From Azolla caroliniana (taxonomy: Eukaryota > Plantae > Polypodiophyta), in the NCBI GenBank assembly GCA_043228905.1, contig JBHGNT010000011.1, positions 11,346,001 to 11,410,000 on the forward strand: a stretch of 64,000 nt of DNA, read 5' to 3'. The translations under genes were made by a program, and so were the position numbers. Positions 35,671 to 47,895 of the stretch are shown here, piece after piece. Within the stretch, counting starts at the first letter, position 1; the number at the start of each line of letters is the position of its first letter. The notes beneath the pieces are model-generated. The model saw only the letters and a list, made by a program, of their open reading frames with translations, was not told where the DNA came from and did not search any database.

Positions 35671-37041
35671 GCGAAGGCAACACGAAACACCATCGGGACA
35701 TCACGATTGGACAACGGAGGCCAAGCGGGCCACTACGGGCATGCCTCAAGTGGAGGACATCGGGCATACAGTGGGAAGCGGGGCGTTCATACGGCCGAAC
35801 AAGGGCCAACGGAAGTACGCGTACTACGAAGATTGCGGTAGAGGGCTCATCGACGTGTTGAACGAGCCTACGGGGAGGCAAGCGCGAAGGAAGACTCGAA
35901 GCCGACGGATCAAACCGGCAGCAAGCCGAGAATGCGGATCACGGGAGACCGGTTTCTCACAGGCCGAAATCTCTCACCCTTCAACCAAATTTGGCACGTA
36001 TCGGTGGACGTTCAGTTAGGTGGGGGCGGATGTCGTGAAGAATTTCGGCCAGAGGCGGAAACCGGGAAACATTGGCTACATTGGCGGGGTGCAGCGTGTG
36101 TACGTACCCATGTACATTTAGTGTGAATATCGAGGGCGCCTTTATGGCGCCGAAGATTAGTCAAGTCGGGATAGACGATCCCATGTAAGTCGGGACAGAC
36201 GATCCCATGTAAGTTGGGATTTATCCCACATTGTAATGCATCCCTCTCCTTGTTCTATAAAAGGAAGGGAACACCCTTTGTGAAAGGGTTGCCCATTTTG
36301 CATTACAGGGTATACCGTTAGGTTTAGGGTTTTCATCATCATCTTCTTCTTCTTCTCCCCCTTCGTGTTCGTTTAGGGTTTGCTTCAACTCATCTCCTGC
36401 GCAAGACCTCGCTCGGCGCGACGAGCCACTGAGCTCCCCGACCGGCGGCTTGGCAGCTGACGACTACTGTAACCTTCCTTGGTCCGGCTCGAAGCCGTGA
36501 ATGTATTCTTCTGTTTATATATATATACGTTGCGTCTGTCTGTGTATATTCGCGTCTCTGTTGGTGTCGGGTGCTTCCCCTTTCCTACGTTTCCTGTACA
36601 TAAGGGCGTGAGTAGGGTCGGCATGTGTGTGTGCGTGTGTGTGCGTGAGTCGGTGTTAAGCGCGCGCTCCCTCTCTTTCTCTCTCTCCCTTCGGTACCTT
36701 CCGATGTTCTTCTGGGATCCCCCGGAAACGGTGAAGCGCGACTTCCTACGCTCCGTCACTCCCTAGTCCAAGACCCCCGTGGTCCCGCCTTTCTCCACAC
36801 ACGCGCGTAACAACGCGAGAACGTTATATCTGATGCATGCCCGGATATGCTGGGAAGAAGTGAACGTAGCATCCAACACTGCCGGTGAGTTGTGGCACAA
36901 GAGACTGTGTCATATGAGCCAGAAGGGGATGAGAAGACTTGCCGAAGACAACCTCATTCCGGAGGTGAAAGACGTGCATCTTGAGAAGTGCACTGATTGC
37001 TTGGCCGGCAAACAAAATCGAACTTCCTTCTAGTGTCACGG

Positions 37042-40000
37042 TGTCGTGAAGATTTTCATCCATAAGCAGAAACCGGGGTGGAAAGGGCAAGTCGATGGTG
37101 TGCAACATGTGCACACGTATACTAGGAAATGGTGTATAGAAATAAGAGAGGAAATTTTATCCCACATTGTAAGGTCCCTCCATCCTTGGGCTATAAAAGG
37201 AAGGGAGCGGTCACTTATGAAGGGTTGCCTATTTTGCGTATGAAAGGTATACCACTTAGTCTAGAGTTCTTACCGTTTAGGGTTAGGGTTTCATTTAGGG
37301 TTTTCCTTATTCATCTTCGGTTAGGGTTTTCTCATAGTCGTTTGGTGCGGCCCATGCGGCCACCATTGTTGTAATCATTCGTTTGTTTTAATATATCTTG
37401 TTGAGTATCTTGCCTTGGCCGATCTCTCCTTCTATGTCATGATCTTATTCTTTCTTCTTCTCCTCTTGAGCTAAGCCTCCATATCCTATCTTATTCTTTC
37501 TCCTCTACTCCTTAGTCCGAGACCCCCGTGGTCCCACCCCTTCTAGACGCACGTAACGCGACATCTTTGGTGAACCCGATGTGAAAGGCGGCAAGGGAGC
37601 ATGGAGATGGAAGAAGACTTCGACTTCGAGGAGATGATGGCAAAGATCGTGATGGAAGCTGAACGGAAGATGGCGAAGCGAGATGCGGCTCAACAAGCCG
37701 TTGAAAGGGTGGTTGATCGAGTCGGCCGATTTAACGGGGACGAAGTCCTGAGGTTCTTGGAAGCGTACAAAGCTGAGATGACGAGGGGTGTGAACGAGGC
37801 GATGCGGCTAGAGTATTTTCCTCGTGTGGCGGCCGTATCGGTGCACAAGGAGGTCAAGGAGCTTCAAGAAGCTCACGAGTCGTGGGAGTCCTTTGAGGGA
37901 GCTCTATTGGACGTATACGGATACGCGAAACCGGAGTGGGTATGCCGGAAACCCGATGGGGAGCGGTCGGCAACAACGTGGCCCACGAGCGGCGGAGAAG
38001 AGAGGGCGGTGAGCGGCTACGCACTACCATCGGAAGAGAGCTCGACGCGCGATCAACCGGAGGAGTACGACCTAGAAGTGCTAATATGGGAGGCATGCGA
38101 GCTTGTGAAGGGGAAAATCGAAGCCGAAGAAGGGCTTATTATGGAGTCGGGCCGGAGGTGATTGGAGGATGCGGAGGAAGAAGCCTCCCTAAGCGTAGAA
38201 GACGGGGCAGGGCCTATACAGAGGCTGGAAGAGCGTACGACGGCGACATGGGAGAGGGTGCGGAGCAAGCGACCCTCTTGCCTTGCGGTGAAGGGACGGC
38301 CATGGAGGCCGGTAACTACGGATTCGGGACATGGTGGCCCGAAAGATCAAGTGGGGAGGAGACAAGCGGTGGTGCCGCGACCTTACACACATTGGTCCTA
38401 GAGGCTCTGGCGGTCGGCTCGAGTGCCGGCGTGAGACCTAGAGCGACGGGCAATGGCGATGGCAAGGCAGGCAACCGAGACGAGGACGAGGAAGAGGAGG
38501 TAGCAAGCATAACCGAGGCTTGCGTAACCGGGGACGAGATAGCCATCAACCACGGCATCCGAACGAAGGTGGCTACAAACATGACATCGGCGAGTGATGG
38601 TACCGAGACTTTTCCCGCACCTATTCTAGAGACTTCGGCAGTCGGCCCTGAGAGCCCACATGAGACTGGAGAGACGGAAGGTGGTGGCGGCAAAGCGGAC
38701 GATCGAAACGACGACGAGGAAGGTCATAGCGGACGGAGGAGAGACCTCTCGACACCGAGACCGGAGACTACGGCGGTTGCGCTCGAATGCCAACATAAGA
38801 CTGGAGAGAAGGGCGGTGGCCGTGAGGGGGCGTGGCCCGGAGTGAACACGTACGAAGATGAGGATGCGAGGCCCGGAACGGGCATGTACAAGAGGACCGA
38901 CGGAGAGGTCGGGAGCGGCAAAGAGGAGAGAGTCGGGAACCGACCCGATTGGAAGATGAACCGGTCGATAATCCGACACGACTAGAAGACGACGTGGAAG
39001 AAGATTGGAGCGGGGTCCGGTCAACCGGGCCCGAACCGAAGAAGAGCTGGCAAGGCCGGATTTGTTCGGACAAACTGTACTGGCTGGTTACGATTACGGA
39101 AGGGAGCCAACCAAATCGGAACTCGATCGGCCAAGACCGATCCGGGCAAAGGCTAAGTCGGCATGATTGGAGGTCGAGGCGAACGGGCCACAACACCCGG
39201 TGAGAGTCGGTGAGTGCGAGAAGGAGGCTAAGGATGCACGAGGAGTACGACTCGGTGGGAGGCCAAGAGCGAGAGGAGCCCTTCACATCTATCCTTGAGA
39301 CTTTGGCGGTTGCGGATCAACGTAAGACCAAAGAGACGGCGGGTGGCGGCGATGAGTCGGAAACCGGAGCGGACGAGGATATCAGAACGGGTATCCGATA
39401 CAGGATGACGGACGAGGGGGCCCAAGATGATAAGCTGGGGTCGGAAGGGGTTATGGCAACGAAGGGAGAAGAGGCCGACGCGGAGGTCGGGACTATGGCA
39501 GGAAAAGGGTGTAACACGAAGCATGCATTACAGTGTAAAACGGAGCATGCACTATGGCTTGCGAAGGGCCAAGAAGCAAGCATGCACCCGGAAGAGCGGC
39601 AACGAGTGACCGGCAACGGCGGACCAGTCGAGCCTTTGAGAGGCAAGCACGCGGCAGGAGACGGAGCGGTGAGTTGCCGGGATCGGCGGATGGGAGGCGA
39701 GAGCAAAGGATGGTCCGCGGAGAACAACAGGGTACACACCGGGAAGAGAAAACATGGCGGCTTCCCGGAGGGCATGCAAGGCCAGGCGGACCAAGAGGGT
39801 GTACCCTGGGGTGAAGCGGCAACATCAGAGGTTGCGGAGGACACTAAAGACGAGAGCACCGACACGAATGTCGGGGAAGCAACGTACCTTTTCGAAAGGG
39901 TAGGCAGAGCGAAGCGGAGTACGAGACGTGCGATGTGGCCGCGTAAGGGCTGAGCGACGAGCACGAGGATGATCGAAGAAGAAGTTCGTCGCGCGATAGT

Positions 40001-40937
40001 GCCGTGTCGAGGAAGCGGCCGAGGCAAGACATGCGTGGACGAAGAGCACACGGTGTGATATTTGGCAAACAGTCGGGAAGAACGAGAATTCGATCCAAGG
40101 TCGCGCGCGGAGAATGAAGGAAGACAAAGAGAGGTGTGCGAAGAGTGGGTCTGGCGAATTGGGCGGAGACAGTGGTTCGGCGAACTCCGTCGAGTATGGT
40201 GGATCGGATGGAGCCGACGGTTCGAGAGTATACGACGGATATGGCGGATCGGGAGGCTACGGTGGTCGATGTGGGACGGATGGGCTTGCTCGAAGTGGAA
40301 GACGAAGTCGGGCAAAGCTAAGGACTCGGTTGACCTCCATGGACGAAGATCTCACCTATTTCCCCTTCTTGGCACATACCGGTGGATGTGCGGTTTGGTG
40401 GAGACGGATGTCGTGAAGATTTTCGTCCATAGGCGGAAACTGGGGTGGAAAGGGCAAGTCGGTGGTGTGCAACATGTGCACACGTATACTAGGAAATGGT
40501 GTATAGAAATAAGAGAGGAAATTTTATCCCACATTGTAAGGTCCCTCCATCCTTGGGCTATAAAAGGAAGGGAGCGGTCACTTATGAAGGGTTGCCTATT
40601 TTGCGTATGAAAGGTATACCACTTAGTCTAGAGTTCTTACCGTTTAGGGTTAGGGTTTCGTTTAGGGTTTTCCTTATTCATCTTCGGTTAGGGTTTTCTC
40701 ATAGTCGTTTGGTGCGGCCCATGCGGCCACCATTGTTGTAATCATTCGTTTGTTTTAATATATCTTGTTGAGTATCTTGCCTTGGCCGATCTCTCCTTCT
40801 ATGTCATGATCTTATTCTTTCTTCTTCTCCTCTTGAGCTAAGCCTCCATATTCTATCTTATTCTTTCTCCTCTACTCCTTAGTCCGAGACCCCCGTGGTC
40901 TCGCCCCTTCTACACGCACGCGCGTAACAACGCGACA
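37042..40937 (+). mobile_element. Non-autonomous gag-only Gypsy element D
   Basis: LTRs at 37042-37563 and 40409-40937. TSD ACGG. Trp PBS at 37568. Truncated gag ORF 37601-38161 followed by module-containing low-complexity sequence. No pol. Confidence 0.9.
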
Positions 40938-41523
40938 ACGGTAATGCACGAGTACGTGTCGAAAGGGGCAGGACCACGGGGGTCTTGGACGAGGAAGAGA
41001 TGGATGCCGGGAAGCCGGGAAGCCGACTCTCTCCATCCTGATTGCACCGGTTGTGGCGCTAACCGGAGCGATTCTGGACGCGTACTAGAGGCTACCGAAC
41101 ACGAGAGAGAGAGAGAGAGAGAGAGCATGTGCGCAACACCGACTCAACACACGCCTCTTATGTACATGAAACAAAAAGGAAGAAACGCACCCGACACCAA
41201 GAGACACGCAAATATGCACAACCTTATATATATATAATTACAAGAGTAAGATACAACTCTGGCTTTGAGACGGACTAAGTTAGGTTAGGTTAAAACAACA
41301 GTTTGCTGCCAGGCCACCGATCGGGGAGCTCTCGGGCTCATCGCGTCGAGCAGGGTCCTACACAAGAGACCGAGTAGAAGCGAAACCCCTTAGGGCGTAC
41401 AAGCTCTTAACTGAACTAAATCCTAAACAGACACAAAAACTCAACCCACACGATGACGAAGAAGAAGAAGAAGAAGAAGTCAAAGAACCCTAACAGAAAA
41501 AAAAGAAAGTAAGAAGAAGAAGG

Positions 41524-41893
41524 ATTATCATACCTTGGACCTAATGGTATACCCTCCTGACTCAAAATGGGCAACCCCTTTTCAAGGGACCCTCCCTTTC
41601 TTTTATAGCACAAGGAGGGAGGGGTGTTACAATGTGGGAAAAATCCCTTATTACATGGGATTCTCTGTCCCAACTTAACTCCTATTCGGCCCCATAATGG
41701 CACCCCATTATCATACCTTGGACCTAATGGTATACCCTCCTGACTCAAAATGGGCAACCCCTTTTCAAGGGACCCTCCCTTTCTTTTATAGCACAAGGAG
41801 GGAGGGGTGTTACAATGTGGGAAAAATCCCTTATTACATGGGATTCTCTGTCCCAACTTAACTCCTATTCGGCCCCATAATGGCACCCCATTA
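41524..41893. repeat. 183-bp tandem duplication inside the LTR of G
   Basis: ATTATCATACCTTGG... is repeated at 41524 and 41707. It includes the minus-strand TATAAAA. Confidence 0.92.
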
Positions 41894-43916
41894 TCTTACA
41901 TGGGTATAAAAGGGTGAGTGCTCATGCCGCACCCAACCAATATTCCCATTAGCCCCGCTTTTCTTACTAAGGACGTGAATCTTCACGACATCCGCCCCCA
42001 CCAAACCGCACGTCCACCGGTACGTGCAAATCTGAAGAAGGGTGAGAGATTCCGGCCGTAGTGGGCAACCGACCTTCCGTAATCCGCATCCTGGCTACCG
42101 TGTTGGCCTCCGCCGGCCCGAACCGTCTGCTCCAGTTCCATCCTCGTGCTCGCCTCCCCGTAGGCTCGATCAACCTGTCGACAGGTCGTTTACCGCGATC
42201 TCCTCTCGTACGCGTGCTCATCCTGTGGCCCTTGATCGACCGTATGCACGCCCCGTGTCCCACCGTATGCTCAGTGTCCTCCGTCCGCGGGACACCCGTA
42301 GTATCCCTCTTGGCCTCTGTTGATCTTCGCATCGTCCTGATTGCCCGTTTTGTGCCATTGTTCATCGCCTTCATCCCCTCGCCGTCACCTTCCTTCTCCT
42401 CGGTCTTACGTTGCCATGGCGGCTGAACTGCCAAAGTCTCCAGAACCGGTGTGGAGGATCCCTCTCCGGCCTTCTTTGTGAGACCACCCAACCATTGTCG
42501 TGTTGTTTCGCTTACGCGTGAGAAACTAAGGCGGGACCGCGGGGGCGTTGGACCGACGAGTGCAAGAGAACAAGGGGGGAGAGAGCGTGAGCATCAAGTC
42601 GGCGAATGCCTGTTTCCGGCAAGCGGCGTTTACCGGCTGAATGAATCACGACCGCGTGTACAGAACGAACAAAGATGCACCCACCAGACACTGAAAGAGA
42701 AACACGTAGAAAAGCACAGTGATTCCAATAATAAAGATTACAGCTTTCCAAGATTACAACTGGCGAGCCGGCGACAGACCCAACACAGACACTCACACTC
42801 TCACGCACACAATGGAGCCCCTGCCGGAAGCACTCGGGCTTTCCTCAAAGGAGAGGCAACCGACCAAGAACTTGTAGAGACCAACGATAGTGGAGGAGAA
42901 AGCTCGGTTCCCAGTCCGACAACACTCCGTCCTCGCCAAAACATGATCCCTTTCAGCCTTCTCCTCCTCTATTTTATAGGCCGCCTGGGAGGGCCGTCAC
43001 ATCCTGAATACATCATCTTTATTCTCTGTCCCTTCGGACAAAGATACGCATCGATTTCCTAGCTAATAAATGTGTACTACCTAGTATATTTACATTAGCC
43101 GACCTATTCCTAATTATGTACAACTTATCAATACTTGTGCCCACGCGTAAGGGCTGGTTCATGCACCTTTTACACTGATTCCGCTTGAGTCCAGTTTTGT
43201 CCACAACATCCACCCCCACCAAACCGCGCATCCACTGGTATGAGTCGGATTAGATCCTTTATGCCGGAGAAGACCGACCCGCGCTCAGCCTTCGTTCTCT
43301 GAATCATTATCTGCTCCAGCCTAGTCACTATCGTGGCCTGCGCTTGTCGGGTCCGGTTCGCCTTCATGTCGCTTCTTGAAGGCCTTCATCCTCTTCCCGG
43401 CTACCGACACCACTATCCATGTCTTGTCAAGCTCTGCGAGATGGTAAGTGCCATTGTCGTTTGTGCTCGTTACAGCGTAGGGCCCGAACCATCTCCTCGC
43501 GAACTTCCACACTGCCTTGTGCTGGTTGTCGAGGCTGCTATCGAACACCAACACCCAGTCGCCGTCTTCAATCTTCTTTGGTTGTAGCCGGTGCATTCGG
43601 TCTAACTGGCCCTTGTTCTTTGTCCTTGCCGCGTGCAACTTTTCCTTCGTCCACTCCACGTCCTCCGGTCTTCGCTTGAGTTGTCAAATCTGTGTTGCCA
43701 ACAGCTCTTCCCGGCTCATCTCGTCTATCCAATCTATCGCCTCCTGCGAGGAAATCGTCCGCTCCATCGGCATGATCAGCTTTTGCCCATACATCAGCTC
43801 TGTCGGCATGAACCCGATTACCGAACTATGCATAATTCGGTTCGCTCATAATGCGTAAGGTAGAAGCCGTAGCCAATTCCCGACTTGCCGTTCGCATACC
43901 CGTACAAACGCCTTCA

Positions 43917-44076
43917 TGTATAAAAAACAACATGCAGAAGCAACAGAAAACCAAACGTAGGAAAACACAGGTTTAATGGAGAGCTTGAACACACACAGTA
44001 CCCAGGAGAGAGAGAGAGAGAGAGGATCAATACACACAACTCTTTTCCAAAATAATACTGAGTTTGTACATAGGAT

Positions 44077-44107
<31 letters not shown>

Positions 44108-44498
44108 AGCGAAGCAGTAGAGAACTCTACTCGCTGACTGTTCCCAAGCCGGGAACTCTTTGTGTGTCGAATCGGGTGCTATGTCATTTGCTCCGTCGAC
44201 ATAGCTCCAATATCCATGCCCGAGCAGGTACTAGTGCATCTTGTACCACCAAGATGCGTAGTTGTTTCTATCGAGCTTCTCGGTCAGAAACGAGCTAGCC
44301 ATGCCTCTATCGATTTTGTTTTCCCTATTCTTTACAAAGGTTAGGTTTTCTTCTCGAGCTAAGGTCAGCTGCAGAGGTTCTCAACCCTCGTGCTTTGATA
44401 CCATGTAAAAAGAACAACGTGCGGAAGCAACAGAAAACCAAACGTAGCAAAACACAGGTTTAATGGAGAGCTTGGACACACACAATATGCGGGAGAGG

Positions 44499-44542
<44 letters not shown>

Positions 44543-44884
44543 CAATACACATAACTCTTTTTGAAAATAATAGTCAGTTTGTACATAGGATGTGCTCAGT
44601 GAGCGCTTTTATACAAGTCCATACGGACTGACAGAAGTACTAACATGTACTTTAATGATCATAACTGAGCTCTACACTTAACTCCCAAAATATATTCCTA
44701 CGCACAATATCTTTCCAACAGCCTCGCGGTTTACGCACCGCTATGGATTCTCGTTGCGCACCGGTTTGCGTACCAGTTTACGCACCCGGTTTACGCACCA
44801 GTCCGGCCTAACCGATCGGTCCCAACCAATCCGGTTCTCGGGTTGCACAGCCGATCAAGCCAATGTTGAGCTTGCATCTCAACA
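43917..44884 (-). mobile_element. Internally deleted miniature Copia (J/K lineage)
   Basis: TSD CTTCA (43912-43916, 44885-44889). Full LTR 44404-44884, PBS 44392-44403, ~70 codons of gag (GMASSFLTEKLDRNNYASW), partial second LTR 43917-~44110. Confidence 0.85.
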
Positions 44885-47800
44885 CTTCACAATCGGCCCG
44901 TGCCCGCTCTCTACCTTCCTGTTCGCCTCCGGATTGCACACCATAACGAGGGAAAGCTTAACCCCTAGCCAGCTGAACGCACCAGTACTGGCACACCACC
45001 ATCTCAATTAGGAACCAACACACGGCTATAGTCGTCTTATTCAGCAATGCGCGGCCCTCCACTTGATTCGTCAAGTCCTCTCGCGCTAGCACCAGGTACC
45101 ACATCTGCCCTACCCCAATCGGCATCATCACTAATTCCACCATCCATTTGAAGTGGATTGTTGGCGGGTAGGTCGGGTGTAGCTCGTCTCGATGTCGGAT
45201 CATGGAGTGCATCTAGCACCTCTCGCAAGTCATTACGAACTGATGAACGTCCCAATACAATCCCGACCACCAATACTTCTCTTTCAGCTTTTTGAATGTG
45301 GCCCACATCCCGCGATGTCCGGCCCAAGGACTCTGTAATACGCTGTTAGCAATGCTCCTGCTCTTCCTTCTTCGCCACTACACGGAGTGGGACGCCGCCT
45401 CGCTTCTTCGGGTGTTTCCATATGCTTCCATCCTGTAGGAAGAACTGATACGCTTTCTTCCAGATCCGGTTAGACTCTTCTCTCGTCCGCGCCGCGTCCG
45501 GTGTCAGCATTTTTAGAATCCTGCCAATCCGGAGCCACTCATCATACTCGCCCTCGTCAAACTCATTAAGCATTGGAGTGCTCCCTTCCCTCGTCGTCAC
45601 ATAAGCCGACTTCAAGAATTCCATGCCAACTTCCTCGTCCTCCGAAACCATGTCGTCTTCGTCATCAAACTGCACTCTCGAAAGCATGTCCGCCATGACG
45701 TTGTCCTTCCCGAAGATGTGCCGTATCTCCGGATTCAGAGACTTAATGTACGCGATCCACCTTAGCATCGCAAGGTCTGGTGTCACGCATCCGGAAACCA
45801 TACCGAGGATCGGTAGGCAGTCCATCTCGATTACTACCTCCGTCCCAATCAAGTAGTCTTTGTCGGCCTTGATCGCCGAAACGATACTCCAGAGTTCGCA
45901 TTTAACCTGGGCATATCCTCGCTATCGCTCGCTAAGTACTTTCGCTCCGAACCGGATGGGGAACCTCATGCCATTCTCGTCCTCTTGGTTGATCATCCAT
46001 CCTATCCCGGTCGGGCTCGTGTCTACGGTCACATAAATCGGAACCTCCTTATCGTAAACCGCTTTTCAAAGTGCCGATGCTGCGGTAAGCGCTTCTTTCA
46101 ATCTCCGGACTGACTCTGTATGTTCCCCGCTCCACTCGAACTTGCACCCTTTCTTCAACAACCCGTAGAGCGGCTCCGCGACGTGTGCGCAGTGCGGAAT
46201 CCAGATGTGGTAGAACACGCACGCACCCAAGAACCTCCGAACTTTTGTAACCGACTTGCAATCTTCCTTCATTGTGGAGATGGCCTCTACCTTTGTTGGG
46301 GACGGTTTCCGGCCATAAGGTCCGCACAGTTGACCAATGAACATGATCTCTAACTGTCCGAAAGCCGATTTCTCTCCGGAGAAGGTGAGCCGTGCACCCT
46401 CCAGGATTTGCGAACTTCTCGCAGTCACCAATGTGGTCCACAACGAATTTCCGGCAACCGTTTGGTCCAACCGATTTGTCCATATCTTCCACCAGACACC
46501 CTTTGATCGAGATGTCATCCAAGAACGACATGGTGATGTCTGGGATGCAGTCCCTTAGCACTTTGTTCATTGCATTCACCATGTCAGCCACCGAGTTGGT
46601 CCCTCCTTGCGGAAGGGTACACATCCGCACTAGACCGAGAGGAGTCCGCATCGTCGTAATGTTCCTACTCTCTATGGCTAGTTGGAATCGGTCATACCCC
46701 GAGTACAGATCCCAAACCGAATAAATCGACCTTCCGGCGAAGGCCTCCGAGAACTCATCAATGGTCGGCCTGATTCCTTCATTCCGAATGGTCACCTTGT
46801 TAACCGGATGCAGGACCTGAATAAAGCACAGCGTGCCATTCTTCTTCGGCACGGTAAACCACCGATTCGAATATGGGGCGCTCGACGGCTCGAGGATGCC
46901 CTTCTCCACCTTCTGCTTCAGCAGCTCCATCAACTTCGGGATGTGAGCTTTGGGTACCGGAATCGGCTTGAGATTCCATAGCACATGCGGTACCGTGAAG
47001 ATAACCATTGGCTCAGATCGTTAGGTCTACACACCCGATCTCGTCCGATGAGAATGCGAAGGCCTTCTTGTACCTCCCAAGAATTCCCTGAAACCGTTCC
47101 TCCTCCGCCGGCAGTAGAAAGCCACCCCCACCGACCTTGAGCTCCTATAGCGTTTTGTCAGTGAATCGGTGTCCTATGTCGGCCGGATCCCGTAAACTTG
47201 GGTCCGACGCGAACTCTTTCATCCATTCCTCGCTGCCCTCCAGCAAGGGTGTCAGGACTGGCCTCACCTTTCCGGTCCACAGTCTTGTACCTCGTATCCA
47301 CTTGGGCCGTCCGATCCAACTCGACCCTTTTCCCGAAATCATCAATGGCTTCGTACATCCTTTCCGAACAAACCGGAACCGTCCGGTCTTCACTGAGGCA
47401 TTCTTCGAGCGCCTTCCTTAATTCTCCCAAGGTGTCGTCAAAAGAGACCGCCTCCACGGCGTTGCCTATCAGAACCAAGGATAAAAGATAGAGTGATGGA
47501 AGAAGGATATTAGAGAACACGAGAAGAAAGGAACCAAATACTTAGAGAAGAATGGATGTATAAGATAGAGAAAGAAAGAGAATGGATACAAGATATGTAA
47601 TGAGAGCAAAAGACTGGTGTTGATTCGAATTGATTTGAGAATACATGTATGCCCTTATTTATAGGTTCCTATAGAATAGCTTAGAGATTTCTAGAATGTT
47701 CTAGAATGTTCTAGACCTAGAATGCTCTAGGAAATTCTAGAATGTTCTAGAATGTCCTAGAGTTTTTACAGTAATCAATGTAATACAAGAAGTAGCTTTT

Positions 47801-47895
47801 ATTGTTTCATATAACAATAAGCTATCTTAATGGTTGAGGTTTTTCAAGTATGGATTACAAGATTCGAGGTTCAACTCTGGGTGACGCCATAATGG

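Larger units (their letters stand above)
24473..36820 (+). mobile_element. Non-autonomous gag-only Gypsy element B (TR-GAG-like)
   Basis: 5' LTR 24473-25074 + 32361-32534 (split by A). 3' LTR 36031-36820. TSD ACGT. tRNA-Trp PBS 32539-32555. Same PPT as A. gag-like ORF but no pol. Confidence 0.9.
22666..37033 (+). mobile_element. Degenerate Ty1/Copia element C, 5' part (5' LTR 22666-23204, gag-PR 23231-24472, pre-integrase segment 36825-37033)
   Basis: LTR TGTTGGG...CCTCACA. PBS TGGTATCAAAGC 23208-23219. Motifs CFYCGKLGHFQKNC and WVVDSGAS. The reading KINT|LYLMHA...LWHKRLCHMS is restored across the element B insertion. The 3' part is not in the window. Confidence 0.88.
37034..42495 (-). mobile_element. 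Non-autonomous family member G, 3' part (3' LTR 37034-37041 + 40942-41990; internal 41991-42495)
   Basis: Reverse-complement U5 end ...CATTACCGTGACA split by D. The LTR start TGTCGTGAAG ends at 41990. Family PPT and internal module (STPVLETLAV) are present. Confidence 0.82.

Noticed and set aside
39317-40610. Env-like or captured gene in element D (332-aa minus ORF, Trp/Arg-rich plus ORF)
   Set aside because: Low-complexity sequence with no signal peptide or convincing transmembrane segment, and no counterpart in B or E.
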